Virus record (IMG/VR): IMGVR_UViG_3300032223_002658
Coordinates: 23,472 to 87,471 of that record
Source: a virus
Strand: one strand, 5' to 3'
DNA length: 64,000 nt
Shown here in pieces: positions 19,366 through 30,668 of this stretch. Within the stretch, counting starts at the first letter, position 1. Each line of letters begins with the position of its first letter. The notes under the pieces are model-generated. The model had not been told where the DNA came from. It searched no databases and saw only the letters and a program-made list of their open reading frames with translations. Position numbers and translations under genes: made by a program.

Positions 19366-20000
19366 AAATAATACTCAAGCACCTTTTTTATAGCATCATT
19401 TTTTTCTTCCATCGTCATATTATCGTTATTAATCTTATGAAATTTTTCAATGTTACTAAATGAATAGTTGTCAAGGGCTATTTCACTCTCGTGCTTATTG
19501 TGCAGTGTGTTTCTCGTCAACTTTATAACTATTGGCCCATAAAAAGTTGCATAGTCTATTTCATTTGGGAATCTTGCGTCGGATATAAGAGCAAAGTCAA
19601 GTCCTTCGTCTTTTATCTTTTTTATTGTTGCTTGAACCCAACAGTCTGGATAAAATGATCTAAATATGTTAGTTCCAAAGACTTGCATGACATCTCTTGC
19701 TGTCATATAATCTGTTGATTTTACGCCAACTCTGTTTTGCAATAGCCGTCCAATATCAGTACTACACATTGGAAGATCGTCCCACTTAAATCTCGTTGGC
19801 GTATTTTTGTCAGAATTCTCTCCCCAGCATTGATTGTATTCTAGACCAAGAACATTTGTGCAAATTTGTTTTAGGCTGTCTGCAAATGGATATATTTTTG
19901 ACGAGAAGCCCTTTTCCTTTAAAAAAGATCTTATGTATGAGCAGGCAGTATCTTTTCCGCTTTGTGCTTTTCCAGTCAATATTATGATTTTTGTTTTCAT
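19362..20000 (-). CDS. deoxynucleoside monophosphate kinase
   Basis: TGKAQSGKDT, FADSLK, RDVMQVFGT, ISDARFPNE, HESE. Confidence 0.9.
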   Translation of the reverse strand: MKTKIIILTGKAQSGKDTACSYIRSFLKEKGFSSKIYPFADSLKQICTNVLGLEYNQCWGENSDKNTPTRFKWDDLPMCSTDIGRLLQNRVGVKSTDYMTARDVMQVFGTNIFRSFYPDCWVQATIKKIKDEGLDFALISDARFPNEIDYATFYGPIVIKLTRNTLHNKHESEIALDNYSFSNIEKFHKINNDNMTMEEKNDAIKKVLEYYL

Positions 20001-21043
20001 TTTGATAGTACCTTTATTTGTGGAACAATATATTTTGTGAACTCTTCTTCTGTCAAACTATCAGGATCTTTTTTATCCATTGATATTTTGTATATCTGTA
20101 TTTTATCTCCATATATATTTTTTATTCTTTTAAATGCTGATTGACCAGCTTCATCAGAGTCAAGTGCAATGGCAAGTTTTTTCGCGCCGCACTTTAATAG
20201 CATGTTTATTTGATTCAAAGACATTGATGAACCAAGGATGGCTACGGTATTTTTAAGACCATAAGAGTGAAACCTCCAGCAATCAAATGGGCCTTCAACT
20301 ATAACTGCCACACCAGACTCATCTATTGATGAACATGCGTTTTGAATATTGTATATCTCAATAGATTTATTGAAACCTCGCGGATAGTTTCTCCACTTTA
20401 CAAATAGTCTTCTAAAATTCTCATCTATTGTGAAGCTGTCTGGATAATGCCATCCATGCAAATTTTTTTCAAATATTGATCTTCCTGTTATGCCAACAAG
20501 ATCACCATTTATGTTTCTTATTGGAACCATTAGTCTATGGTGATACGTTTTTCCTTTTAAAGAGACTCCTGATTCAAAAAATTTACAAATTGACTCCGTG
20601 AATCCTCGTGATTTAATAAATGGATGAAGTGGATCAAGATTTTTTAAACGATCATCGCGCAAAGGCTGATTAAATGTTTGAGTATTATCAGATCTATTTA
20701 CTTTGATCTGCTGAAACTCTTCGGACTCTATTACTTCCTGAATCCAGTCTATGGTTTCTTGGAAGCTTATTTTCTTCAAACCTCTGACAAGACCAATTAT
20801 ATCATTGCCGTATTTTCTATGACATCCGTGTGTAAAACAAGACCAACAGCATTTGCCAAGATGATAACTAAATGCTGTTTGGTTATCGCCATCATGAACT
20901 GGGCATGAAGATTGTATATTTGAAGATCCTATTACCTCAAAACCAAGAGCGGATAATATCTTCGTGTCGTTTTCACACGCGATTTTCTTGAACGCTTTTA
21001 GTTCATCAGAAGTCAATTTCGTCTTCATCATCATCTTCGTCAA
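19997..21043 (-). CDS. dnaG: DNA primase
   Basis: CPVH..CFTHGC Zn finger; VEGPFD and LDSDEAG TOPRIM motifs. Confidence 0.9.
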   Translation of the reverse strand: MTKMMMKTKLTSDELKAFKKIACENDTKILSALGFEVIGSSNIQSSCPVHDGDNQTAFSYHLGKCCWSCFTHGCHRKYGNDIIGLVRGLKKISFQETIDWIQEVIESEEFQQIKVNRSDNTQTFNQPLRDDRLKNLDPLHPFIKSRGFTESICKFFESGVSLKGKTYHHRLMVPIRNINGDLVGITGRSIFEKNLHGWHYPDSFTIDENFRRLFVKWRNYPRGFNKSIEIYNIQNACSSIDESGVAVIVEGPFDCWRFHSYGLKNTVAILGSSMSLNQINMLLKCGAKKLAIALDSDEAGQSAFKRIKNIYGDKIQIYKISMDKKDPDSLTEEEFTKYIVPQIKVLSK

Positions 21044-22454
21044 TTGTATTATTTGATTCTAGTATCTCAAAATTGAATTTGCCTTCAACCATTTCAGATC
21101 TTTCAAGATTAGATATGACATTTATATATTCTGATGTTGAGTCCATTCCCTGACCATATCTTGTCTCAATTACCACAAGCTTTCTATCTCCGTTTGTTTT
21201 GCTGTCTCCAGCAGCAACATCTTCATCTGTTTTTTTCTTGAGATATGCCAGACTTGAGCAAAGCCAAAGAATTCTGTCGCTGCCAGATACGACACTTGTA
21301 TCTTCTTTATTTATACCATCTCTATTCAATTGTACTGTAGCAAGAATTGGAACGTCATATTTAACAGCAAAATTATGCAGCTTAGTAATGAAATCGCCAA
21401 GATATTGATACTCTTGAATATCGCCAACATCGGACATGTCCATTGTTTTTAAATAGTCAAGCATTACTAGGCAGTCTTTTGTATTTCCACCTTCATCCCT
21501 TCCAACAACAGAAGACAGCCATCTTCTTGTGATAGCCATTATTTCTTCTGGTTTTTTACCGGCAATGCTGATATGGTAAAATGGAAGCCCTTTGATAGAT
21601 TTCAGGCTTTCGTCAATTGCAAATTTCATGTTCTCTTTTTGAGCGAATTGCCCTGTCTCAATTTCATTTTGATTCACTCCAGAATGAAGAGAAACCCACT
21701 TGATTGTTTGAGTTTCTTTTTTCATTTCTGTATCAAGATACAAGACGGGGATATTCTGCTTTGACAGATTAGAAGCAACATTAAGGCAGAATGTGCTTTT
21801 ACCAACCTTTGGTCTAGCACCAACAACATTTACAGTTCCTCTTCTGTATCCACCACCAATGGCCTTGTCATATCTTGGATAACCAGTTGGCAATCCTGCT
21901 GATGACACTGGATTTTCAGCTATAAACTTAATGTGATCTACAGCAAATGAACCAATCTGAACAAGATCATTTTCTCTAGTGATATCTGGAATAAAATCAA
22001 ATACAGAAGATTCAACTGACGCAGCAACATCTACGATGCTTTCATCCCCAGAAAGTGCATCAAGAACTTTTGATGCGCATGAAAGTTTATCTTTAAAAGC
22101 TCGTGATAAACTCCAAAACTTAACTTGTCGTACAAAGTGGTTGTAATCAGATTGATTAGTTTGAAGCTCTGATATATTTGTAATTCTTTGAGTTTCTTTA
22201 TCTGAAACATTTCCAGTTTTTGATATTTCGGCAACAAGCATTTGATTGCTTATTTTACCAACAAAACCAGAATCTGCCATATTTTTAATTGCAAAAAAAC
22301 ATCTTCCAAGAAACTTGTCCTTGAAATCAGTATCCAGTAGATGTATATCAGAACTAAAAACAATCTCTGCACCATTGTTCATGATGCAGGAGATAGTACT
22401 TAATTCTGAGGCTTCTTGATTATATGATTTTACTTTATTCTGCATTTGTTGCAC
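21006..22454 (-). CDS. dnaB: replicative DNA helicase
   Basis: GLPTGY, GARPKVGKS, LDTEM, LDYLK, QLNR. Confidence 0.93.
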   Translation of the reverse strand: MQQMQNKVKSYNQEASELSTISCIMNNGAEIVFSSDIHLLDTDFKDKFLGRCFFAIKNMADSGFVGKISNQMLVAEISKTGNVSDKETQRITNISELQTNQSDYNHFVRQVKFWSLSRAFKDKLSCASKVLDALSGDESIVDVAASVESSVFDFIPDITRENDLVQIGSFAVDHIKFIAENPVSSAGLPTGYPRYDKAIGGGYRRGTVNVVGARPKVGKSTFCLNVASNLSKQNIPVLYLDTEMKKETQTIKWVSLHSGVNQNEIETGQFAQKENMKFAIDESLKSIKGLPFYHISIAGKKPEEIMAITRRWLSSVVGRDEGGNTKDCLVMLDYLKTMDMSDVGDIQEYQYLGDFITKLHNFAVKYDVPILATVQLNRDGINKEDTSVVSGSDRILWLCSSLAYLKKKTDEDVAAGDSKTNGDRKLVVIETRYGQGMDSTSEYINVISNLERSEMVEGKFNFEILESNNTIDEDDDEDEIDF

Positions 22455-22951
22455 TTGATCTTAATTGAACTATCGGATTGTAGCAGGCCCGCCGGATACT
22501 CTTTATTGAAATCAAATTTTGACCCGCAGACTTCGCAGTTTCTAAAATTTGGTTTATATTCATCTCGATATTGCTTTTTTCTTGATCCAAGTTTTTTTAC
22601 CTCTGATGCATAATTTGGATTTGCATCTTCTGGTAATTCAAACTCAGAACTTGATATGAAGCGAACATCAGAATCATCAGGTTGATCCTCCTCATAAGAG
22701 TCATCCCCATCATTTTTTCCTGTGCCTTCAATTTCATAACCACGATCATCAATAATGTCGCTCAAAAGAATTTTCTTGATTGCTTGAATTTTTTCCGAGT
22801 CTTCTGAGTCTTTTTGTTGGCTTATGATTATTGGAGCTGCCTCGCCAAAAATTGTTGAGTAAAATTCTCTAACTGACTCCATGTCATTAGTCATGATTGC
22901 TTTTTGTAAAAAACCTTTAAGATCTTTCATTTGGTATTCCCCTCTTTTCAA
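22430..22951 (-). CDS. hypothetical protein with C-terminal Zn ribbon
   Basis: CEVC..CNKC. Confidence 0.65.
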   Translation of the reverse strand: MKRGEYQMKDLKGFLQKAIMTNDMESVREFYSTIFGEAAPIIISQQKDSEDSEKIQAIKKILLSDIIDDRGYEIEGTGKNDGDDSYEEDQPDDSDVRFISSSEFELPEDANPNYASEVKKLGSRKKQYRDEYKPNFRNCEVCGSKFDFNKEYPAGLLQSDSSIKIKCNKCRIK

Positions 22952-23399
22952 ATGCTAAATTTTTAAGACAAGATGACATAAACTCTATTTTTCTATCTAT
23001 GTCTTCTATAGATTTTAGCTGAACCTCACAAAGAGATTTCACTGAATCAAGTTCTTTTGCGTGAATATCATTTCTTTTAATTATCAAAGATTTTTCAGCA
23101 AGTCCATATCCATCAGTGTTCGGTAATTCTCTTCCTATGATGGAGTTTATGTTTGCATCACACCATGAGATATTTGCTTTAAGTCTGTTTGCTTCTGTCT
23201 TTATATAAAGTCCATACTGCGCCAATCTAATAGCGTCTATTGCTAGATCTTCTCTTGGAGCTGACTTTAAATACTCACGAGAAAGAGAAAGAAGTCTATC
23301 GACCTCTGGTGGAACAATAATAGATGATAGTTTAAATTTGTCACGAAACTCTGACATCTTTTGCTGTATTTCTCTTTTTTGCATTTCTTCATTTGCCAA
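22917..23399 (-). CDS. helical hypothetical protein (possibly a recombination mediator)
   Basis: Coiled-coil-like; lies between recA and dnaB; function inferred from context only. Confidence 0.55.
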   Translation of the reverse strand: MANEEMQKREIQQKMSEFRDKFKLSSIIVPPEVDRLLSLSREYLKSAPREDLAIDAIRLAQYGLYIKTEANRLKANISWCDANINSIIGRELPNTDGYGLAEKSLIIKRNDIHAKELDSVKSLCEVQLKSIEDIDRKIEFMSSCLKNLAFEKRGIPNERS

Positions 23400-23787
23400 A
23401 GTATTTCTCCGCTTCTTTGATTGAGTGTAGTTTCACAAGTCTAATGTTATTTAGTTCACAGAATAGTTCTTTTATTTCGTCTCTTCTTACTTGGTCTTCA
23501 AAATCTTGAATTGAATCATGAAAGAAAGGATTCATTTCAGAATGCTGCTCACCTTGAATTTCAAAAGCAATCTTTCGTTGTGGCAAATAAAAATCCAATG
23601 ATAGTCTAGTGTCTGGTATTGTTATATCTTCAAGAATTGGGTCAAGAGGATATTTTCCAAGTATGAGTTGTCCTATCTGATATTGTATTTTAGATCGGCA
23701 TGCCGCCTTACTTTTCATTGGCCAAGCACCCTTTCGTAAATCCCAACTTATCTTTTTTGTTGGATTATTTACTGATATTACTTGCAT
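23389..23787 (-). CDS. Vsr/DUF559-like endonuclease
   Basis: LDFYLP..IAFEIQGEQH..RDEIKELFCELNNI. Confidence 0.75.
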   Translation of the reverse strand: MQVISVNNPTKKISWDLRKGAWPMKSKAACRSKIQYQIGQLILGKYPLDPILEDITIPDTRLSLDFYLPQRKIAFEIQGEQHSEMNPFFHDSIQDFEDQVRRDEIKELFCELNNIRLVKLHSIKEAEKYFGK

Positions 23788-24758
23788 GGCAATGACATCG
23801 TTTCTACTTGAGAGAGCAGTGACTTATACAGCTCATTATTCTTTTTGAGCACTTCTACAACGGCCAATTGTCCCTGAAGTTTTTCCTTTACTCCAGAAAC
23901 AGTGTACCAAGCACCAGCTTTTTGAATCAGACCAAGTTCACAGCAAACATTGAATAAATCCATGTGCTCATCAACGCCACGACCATAAATGATTGGCACT
24001 GTTACCTCAGCCCCTGGTGCGCCAAGAGCCGAAGCAATAACATTGAAGTGTGCATTTTGACCTATTGTTTTATTAGCAGAATCATTGATATCTTGCTTCC
24101 ATGCGGCCTCAAGCCATACGGAAGCACCATACTGTGGAGCATTTCCACCAACGGCGTAACTTTTCTTACCAGGGCCAGGATTTGGATTTGCAATCATATG
24201 TGTCAATGCTATGAAAGTGCTGTGAGTAACAGGAAGAATCTGGCTTACTCTCTTGAAAATTTTATACATAAGAGTTGCAGTTCCTGCCATCTTTACAGAA
24301 TCGCCAATGTTGGAAGAAAGTTCACCTTCTGGACACAAAGCGGCAATTGAATCAAGTATGCAAATGCATTTCTCATTATCTTTGAGCGTTTGAAAAATTA
24401 AATTAAGGTAATCTTCAGCACTCAAGATTTTTGTGGTATTTGATCTAACAATGTTTAGATTTTCTTTATTTATATCTGGAAAGCACTCAACAAGCTCTGT
24501 TCTTAGACGGCCTTCTACATCAAAGAAAAATGCTTTCTTCGTTGGGTCTTTTCTATGACACTGCTGTACATAATGCAGGGCCAGTGTTGTTTTACCAATC
24601 TTTGGCTTACCGCTTAGCAATACGCTCGTTGCTTCTGGAATTCCACCAGATAGAGCTATATCAAGAGATATAGTTGTTCTGAAAGTTCTGCCCTGCTCCT
24701 CCTTAAGAACTGAGGATGGAATTAAAAAATCTTCTATTACTAGCGGTTTGTTGCTCAT
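23778..24758 (-). CDS. recA: RecA-family recombinase
   Basis: SLDIALSGGIP, GKPKIGKTT, ILDSIAAL, GGNA, KAGAWY. Confidence 0.92.
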   Translation of the reverse strand: MSNKPLVIEDFLIPSSVLKEEQGRTFRTTISLDIALSGGIPEATSVLLSGKPKIGKTTLALHYVQQCHRKDPTKKAFFFDVEGRLRTELVECFPDINKENLNIVRSNTTKILSAEDYLNLIFQTLKDNEKCICILDSIAALCPEGELSSNIGDSVKMAGTATLMYKIFKRVSQILPVTHSTFIALTHMIANPNPGPGKKSYAVGGNAPQYGASVWLEAAWKQDINDSANKTIGQNAHFNVIASALGAPGAEVTVPIIYGRGVDEHMDLFNVCCELGLIQKAGAWYTVSGVKEKLQGQLAVVEVLKKNNELYKSLLSQVETMSLPCK

Positions 24759-26543
24759 ACTATGCCTTTCTTCATTTTAGGTTTGCGATCACCAACTTCA
24801 AATATTAAAGTTGACTCATCAATCTTGTTTTGCTTTTTAGTTTCTTTTTCTTTTTCCCATTCAACTTGTTCTAGATACAAATTGTAAATCAGGGATTTTT
24901 GTTTTTCAATTGGAAGAAATCGAATAGTTATGATGCCTCTTTTTTTGACATACTCGGCAATCACTTTTGGACTAAAAACATGCAAGAGATTTTTTATATA
25001 AGTAAGTTCAAGCTTAAATGTCTCTGCAAGCTTTTGAAGTTCAGGAGTTGTTTGATGAGCTTTGCGCCAAAAAGGGCATATTGGTTTTGAAGCCTTTATG
25101 CCCTTAGAAATCTCCCAGTTTATTTTATTTATGATTATTAGCTCTGTGATATAAGCAGATGTTTTTACTGTGAGTCCTGAGACGAAATTGCTGTCGTGTT
25201 CTTGTTCTTGCATCTTATTAGTGAGAACCCTGCTTCTTCCGCTGGCCTCTCCTCAAACATGATAGCCTCAAGCTGATTGTTATACCATGTGATTTTCACA
25301 GTATCTCCATCAAGGTATCCAGCACCATAAAGTTCATTCGATGTATTATCACCAAATGTTATTGTTGATTTTTTTGCAAAGAAATAACCTTGCTTGTCCT
25401 CTCCTACCTTTATTGAAGTTATATGATGCTGAGGGACTCTTTTTTGTACCCAGAGTGACATTGAAGTTATGTCTTCTACACCAGATTCAACCGCTGATTG
25501 TAGATTAAACCACTCAGCCCCATCTTGATTGCTTTTATCAAACCACGCTTTTTCAGACGCTAAATTAACGCTCCAAAAAACTGGAAGAGAAAAATCTATT
25601 ACTTGATTCACATTGCCCTCCCGCTTGCAACATCAGCCTTTTGAGAGGCACCTTTTTGATGAACATATACACCACCATTTAAAGTATTTTGTGCTCCAGT
25701 GCTAACGATATAATCCTTTGATTTTTTATCGTCTTGTTTTTTTACATCAACTTGTGGATTTAAAATAATGTCAACTTTATTTTCAAATGCCTCAAACGCT
25801 TGATCAAAAAAATCTTTGTCTAGTCCATTGGCATCGCATATCTTTTTAAAAGCAGCTTTGCATTCTGACAAAACTTTTTTAGATGATACTTTTGTTGTTT
25901 TCTTTGACATGTTATCTCTTTGTAGCTATTTCAGCTCTCTTAAGAAATGTTGGATTTTTTGTTCTTAAAAACTCAGTATAAAACTCATAGGCGTCTTTAG
26001 GTGACTCAACTAAAGAGAAGTCTTTTTCTGTTCTTCCTGGGAGTTTCTTTGCCATATCATCAATGATTGGATTAAATAACTTTCTTTGAGATATGCTTTG
26101 CATTGTGAAATACTTTGCCCCAGATGGAGACAGTTGTTTTTTTGCACAAGCCTTGCTTTCATCGCAAGCATTACCATATTGATCTACATAATCGCTCTGT
26201 ACGAGCGGTTCATTTTTTATGTCTTCTGCTGATTTAATAAATCTCATTTTGCTTGAATGAAAGCAGTTAGCTTTACATCTCCTCCTATTTCATCTGTCAT
26301 AAAGTCTACAATTTCAGTATTTGTTCTTGAGTTTTCTATTGGTGTGCATGATAAAAGACCTTCGATTTTATGCTTTCCAGATCCACAATAAATACCATCA
26401 ATCCATTTGGCTTCAACGGTTTGCTTTGGAACATTATCACCAATTATTCTAGCCCAAACATTTATCATTCGCTTGCCAGTGTCATCACAAATAAATGTGT
26501 GGCAAATTAATTCATCATCAATTTTATTTATTTCAACGCTCAT
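24755..26543 (-). CDS. five coupled hypothetical genes (24755-25213, 25165-25611, 25608-25910, 25912-26247, 26244-26543)
   Basis: Abutting or overlapping ORFs on the coding strand; no recognised motifs. Confidence 0.6.
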
Positions 26544-26944
26544 GAAGGCATTTTCCCTGTCATAATATAGTCGGTTTTTTGCTGTTGTGTCATTGATGCA
26601 ATTTTTTTTGCGCGCTTTTGGTTCTCACGCTTTTTCTTTCTATTTGATTCCCATTCAAGCGCAGACTTTGGAAGCTCTCCCTTTTTAACAGCATCTTCGG
26701 TGTTTTTATTTGCAAGATCACCAATGGTCTTTGGTTGGCTCATATCAATAACAACATTTACGCCAGAAAAATCTCTGCCAAGTTTTCCCTTCACATTGCA
26801 TTGTGGGCAAGTGTCAGGTCTTTCATCGTTCATTTTAAGCCATAGGTCAAACTTGTGAGAGCAGTTTTCACATACAAATCCATATATTGGCATCATTTGA
26901 CCTTTATATACTTTTTGAACTTCGGAATACTCTTGAAGTCCCAA
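26540..26944 (-). CDS. FmdB-like Zn-ribbon protein
   Basis: MPIYGFVCENCSHKF..CPQC; true start probably near 26893. Confidence 0.8.
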   Translation of the reverse strand: MGLQEYSEVQKVYKGQMMPIYGFVCENCSHKFDLWLKMNDERPDTCPQCNVKGKLGRDFSGVNVVIDMSQPKTIGDLANKNTEDAVKKGELPKSALEWESNRKKKRENQKRAKKIASMTQQQKTDYIMTGKMPS

Positions 26945-27261
26945 TCTATTATAGCCTCATAAAAGTCGCCATCTCTAACAAGTTTTCCATCTTTAACAAA
27001 TTCTTCGCATAGCATCACACTATACAGTTCTTCAACTAAAAAATTATCTTTTGGTTTTAAAATAGCAAGATTGATTGGATAATCAACTTCGCCACTCATG
27101 TATTTATGTATAGCTATAGTTTTTTTACAGGCTTCTTTTTTTGTTGCTGTGTCTATTTTTTTCCTAAAAACATCAGATTCAAACTCTTCGACTGTCATTA
27201 TCTGTGAATAGATTGAGAGCAGCGAATTACGATTATTTGCAACATATTTTTCGGCACTCAT
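26893..27261 (-). CDS. hypothetical protein
   Basis: GTGTAT motif at 27271-27276, 15 nt before ATG 27261. Confidence 0.6.
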   Translation of the reverse strand: MSAEKYVANNRNSLLSIYSQIMTVEEFESDVFRKKIDTATKKEACKKTIAIHKYMSGEVDYPINLAILKPKDNFLVEELYSVMLCEEFVKDGKLVRDGDFYEAIIDWDFKSIPKFKKYIKVK

Positions 27262-27275
27262 CAATCATGTATACA

Positions 27276-27710
27276 CTAGACTCCAGTGTGTCCAAATCCT
27301 CCAGATCCACGAGATGTTGATGATAAGGAGTCCTCACCAGCATCAACAAAGTCTACAACAACAATTGTTGCAAAAACCATTTGAGCGATTCTATCACCTT
27401 TATTTATTTGAAAGTCTTCATCACTTGAATTCAAAAGAATGACACCTATTTCTCCGCGATAGTCTGAATCTATTGTTCCAGGAGCATTCATTACGAACAC
27501 ACCTTTCTTCAAAGCCAAACCACTGCGAGATCTTATCTGTGCCTCATAACCAAGAGGCATATCAATTTTTATTCCAGTCTTTATAAGACCCCTTTGACCA
27601 GCTCTGATAATCATATCTTCGTTAGATTCAAGATCTACACCAGAAGATCCAATTGTTGCATATTTTGGTGTGTTTATCGACTCATCTGTTTTTGTGATTT
27701 TTATAAGCAT
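27276..27710 (-). CDS. dut: trimeric dUTPase
   Basis: GVDL, RSRSGLA, PGTIDSDYRGEI, GDRIAQ, RGSGGFGHTG; likely start 27710. Confidence 0.95.
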   Translation of the reverse strand: MLIKITKTDESINTPKYATIGSSGVDLESNEDMIIRAGQRGLIKTGIKIDMPLGYEAQIRSRSGLALKKGVFVMNAPGTIDSDYRGEIGVILLNSSDEDFQINKGDRIAQMVFATIVVVDFVDAGEDSLSSTSRGSGGFGHTGV

Positions 27711-27718
27711 GTTCTGTC

Positions 27719-29641
27719 TCATTTTGTTGATATATCCACTATTTCGCAGGAATTTGCTGTGCATGCAAATGTTTGTGATCCAGATGTATTGTCAGTTTTT
27801 TCGTAATTTTTTAGAATAGACCAATCAATTGGTGATGGCATTAAAGCAAGTGCCTTTTCATACTCTTCTTTTGAGCAATCTTGATATGGGGCTTGTCTAT
27901 ATGAGTGATCAGAGTGTGGAAGAAATGATATACCACTGATCTCATCAAAGTGAGAGTATACCCATGCACCAACATCCATCCACTCATGTTCTTTAACAGT
28001 AACTGTGATTGATGGCTTGTGCTCACACCAAAATCTTTGATACATTAGCCATGTTTCCAAATGCTCAATTGCTGTGAAAGAATTTCTTGTCAATGAGTCT
28101 TCCGCTTTCATCGGGAATGAGAAAACAACAGTATGGTCTGGCTTCATTACACATGGTTCATTTGGGATTCCCATGTCGATCATCATTTTGCAAATCGGAT
28201 CTTTTTTGTCGGCCCTTACAGTTCTTATGTAATAATTGTTATGTCTTGGGTGTATACCGGATGCAGCATCAACCAATTGAGATACAGTTCCACTTGGCTT
28301 AATGCAAGTAATTGCTGCTGCAGGATTTATTTTCAATGCCTTTGCATACTTCTTATTTGTATCAACAGCCATTGAACGTAAATCTTTTAGCATTGATGCC
28401 AATTCTTCTGTTGGAACTGACATAAACTTATTGTCCATTATACCAGTTAAAGAAACGCCAAGCAATGCCTCTTCTTCACAATTGTTCTTCCATTCTGAAG
28501 ATAGATATGGAAAATTAGTTAGTGATGCCTGGAATGTTCCAAGAATAGTTGCAAGACGAACTTTGCTTGCTAAAGTTTCTTTTGTGTCAGATGGTCTTAC
28601 AACTATTTCTGTTAGATTGCAAAACTCACGATCTCTCAAAATTATTTCTGAGCATGGGTTTGTTCCAAACTCATAGCTTGCATCACGACGCTCACCAAGT
28701 TTTTCAACCGTTTTCTTACATGCTTCACGATTGAAGATTCCTCGTTCACCGCTCTTGCTTTTATAAAGAGATATCCATTCTTCCATGAAGATACCAATGT
28801 CTGGTCTTTCTTTGTACGCAACGGAGTTGTTTGCAAGACCGCGTTGGGGATTTTCATTCCACCAAGCTCCTGATTTTGCGTCTCGCATTCTCTCATCAGT
28901 AAGATTACTGAGCGATATAAGTGCAGATCGTCGCACACCTCCAACAACGACAACTTCTGCAATTTTACAGACCAAATCATGGCATTCGATGGAAGTGAGT
29001 TTTCTTCCTGCAGCCTTCTTAAAAGTATCAACAGTGAATCTAAAGAGATCTTCCAATGGCCCCGGGCCAGAAGCACGGCCACCAAATGTCTTGAGTCTTG
29101 AGCCAGCAGGACGAACTTTTGAGATGTCCCATTTTGGAATTTGGCCTCCAATAAGTAGGGATACCAATTCGCGGTATGCCTTTGCCCAACCAGTTTTGCT
29201 GTCTTGAACAACAATAGTCGTTTCGCTGTTTGTAAATTCTTCAGCGATAGTTGGAAGCTTTTCGACGTATTGTCGCTCAACAGAGAATCCAACTCCTGTG
29301 CCGCACATGAGAATGTATAATATTTCATCAAACGCTCTTACTCTGCTAACTGTGACATATGAACAATTATACCCAGCTGTATTGTCTCTACGCAGAGCTT
29401 CTCCAGCAGTCATCAACGCTCTCATGCTTGGCATTATTTCAAGATTAAGAACCGCATCTATTAGTTCTTTCTCTAAATTTGCACTCAAGTCATATCCGCA
29501 ATTCGACTTTAGATGATCTTTGAAAAAATGAAAGTATCTATGTACAGTCTCTTCCCAAGTCTCTCTTCTTCCGATATCATCACGGAATCTTGAGTATCTT
29601 GAGAGATGGATAAATTGCTGATATTGTGTTGGTAAACTCAT
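27719..29641 (-). CDS. nrdJ: class II (B12-dependent) ribonucleotide reductase
   Basis: YNCSY, GTGVGFS, GGVRRSALI, TNPCSEI, KPSGT, C-terminal CxxxxC; no beta-subunit gene adjacent. Confidence 0.92.
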   Translation of the reverse strand: MSLPTQYQQFIHLSRYSRFRDDIGRRETWEETVHRYFHFFKDHLKSNCGYDLSANLEKELIDAVLNLEIMPSMRALMTAGEALRRDNTAGYNCSYVTVSRVRAFDEILYILMCGTGVGFSVERQYVEKLPTIAEEFTNSETTIVVQDSKTGWAKAYRELVSLLIGGQIPKWDISKVRPAGSRLKTFGGRASGPGPLEDLFRFTVDTFKKAAGRKLTSIECHDLVCKIAEVVVVGGVRRSALISLSNLTDERMRDAKSGAWWNENPQRGLANNSVAYKERPDIGIFMEEWISLYKSKSGERGIFNREACKKTVEKLGERRDASYEFGTNPCSEIILRDREFCNLTEIVVRPSDTKETLASKVRLATILGTFQASLTNFPYLSSEWKNNCEEEALLGVSLTGIMDNKFMSVPTEELASMLKDLRSMAVDTNKKYAKALKINPAAAITCIKPSGTVSQLVDAASGIHPRHNNYYIRTVRADKKDPICKMMIDMGIPNEPCVMKPDHTVVFSFPMKAEDSLTRNSFTAIEHLETWLMYQRFWCEHKPSITVTVKEHEWMDVGAWVYSHFDEISGISFLPHSDHSYRQAPYQDCSKEEYEKALALMPSPIDWSILKNYEKTDNTSGSQTFACTANSCEIVDISTK

Positions 29642-29667
29642 ATTAGTATTAATTGTAGGTTTTGCAA

Positions 29668-30663
29668 TTAGCTGTTTTGTGAATACACTTGACCATAAAG
29701 ATTATTAATCTTGTCTGCATAAATTTCTGTTGAGTGTTGCTTGTATTTTAAATAGTTCACATTACCAATCTGTTGACGCTCTTCTTTGCTGAGGCTCTGC
29801 ATTTTTTTTGTTAAATCAACTAGGCCATCTAGATCATCACAAAGCCATTCATCAGAATCAAAGAGTTCTGGAATTGCGGAGTCCTTATATGAAATTACAG
29901 GTTTTTTATTTGCAAAAGCCTCTAGAATTGAAAAACAAAAAGCTTCATTAGAACTTGGATAGTGGTAGACATCTATCTCATTCATTATTTGCTGTCTTTC
30001 ATCATCTGTAACAGAACCTTTGATTGTTATGTTGTCATTGCCGAAGTACTTGCGATAGGCATTCATTGCTTTAAAATAAGCAGGATCAAGGATTTCTCCA
30101 GCAACAATAAATTTGTTTTCTCTGCATTCGTTCGCACAATACAAAGTGTCGTGAATCATTTTTGATGGACAATAACTAGCTATTCTACCAAACACTGGTA
30201 TGTCTTTTTGTGCTGATTCAATTTCATTGCACTCAACTCCATATCTTACAATTTCGTAATTGGAGACATGTGGATTCAAATCAACTTGATATTTTGAACT
30301 AAATAAAACTTTATCAAATTGTGTTGTATCAAAGCCAATCGTTTGTCCACATAGAACGCTTGCGAACCGCTTGCACTTTGGTAAATAATTAAAGTACCCA
30401 AGTCGTTGTTCTCCAGGTATAAAAACATGTATGACATCTGGATTAAACTTATTTACAAGATCAATAAGATGCATATCGTATTCAAAGTTTTGCGCCCGCA
30501 CTAAATGCGACTCACCAATACTTGAAAACTTTTCTCTAAAAGGACCATCAACAGAGCCATAAAAAGACATCTCGTTTTGAGGACTAAGCTTTTTGGCAAG
30601 CTCATAAGCGGCTAGAGATGAACCACCTTGGTTGTAAAAATTGTTAATGAACGCTATTCGCAT
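29668..30663 (-). CDS. GT4 glycosyltransferase
   Basis: QGGS, YPSSNEAFCFSILEA. Confidence 0.85.
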   Translation of the reverse strand: MRIAFINNFYNQGGSSLAAYELAKKLSPQNEMSFYGSVDGPFREKFSSIGESHLVRAQNFEYDMHLIDLVNKFNPDVIHVFIPGEQRLGYFNYLPKCKRFASVLCGQTIGFDTTQFDKVLFSSKYQVDLNPHVSNYEIVRYGVECNEIESAQKDIPVFGRIASYCPSKMIHDTLYCANECRENKFIVAGEILDPAYFKAMNAYRKYFGNDNITIKGSVTDDERQQIMNEIDVYHYPSSNEAFCFSILEAFANKKPVISYKDSAIPELFDSDEWLCDDLDGLVDLTKKMQSLSKEERQQIGNVNYLKYKQHSTEIYADKINNLYGQVYSQNS

Positions 30664-30668
30664 GTCTT

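Noticed and set aside
28642-29331. 229-aa alternative-frame ORF inside nrdJ
   Set aside because: Fully nested in a conserved gene, with no motifs or RBS
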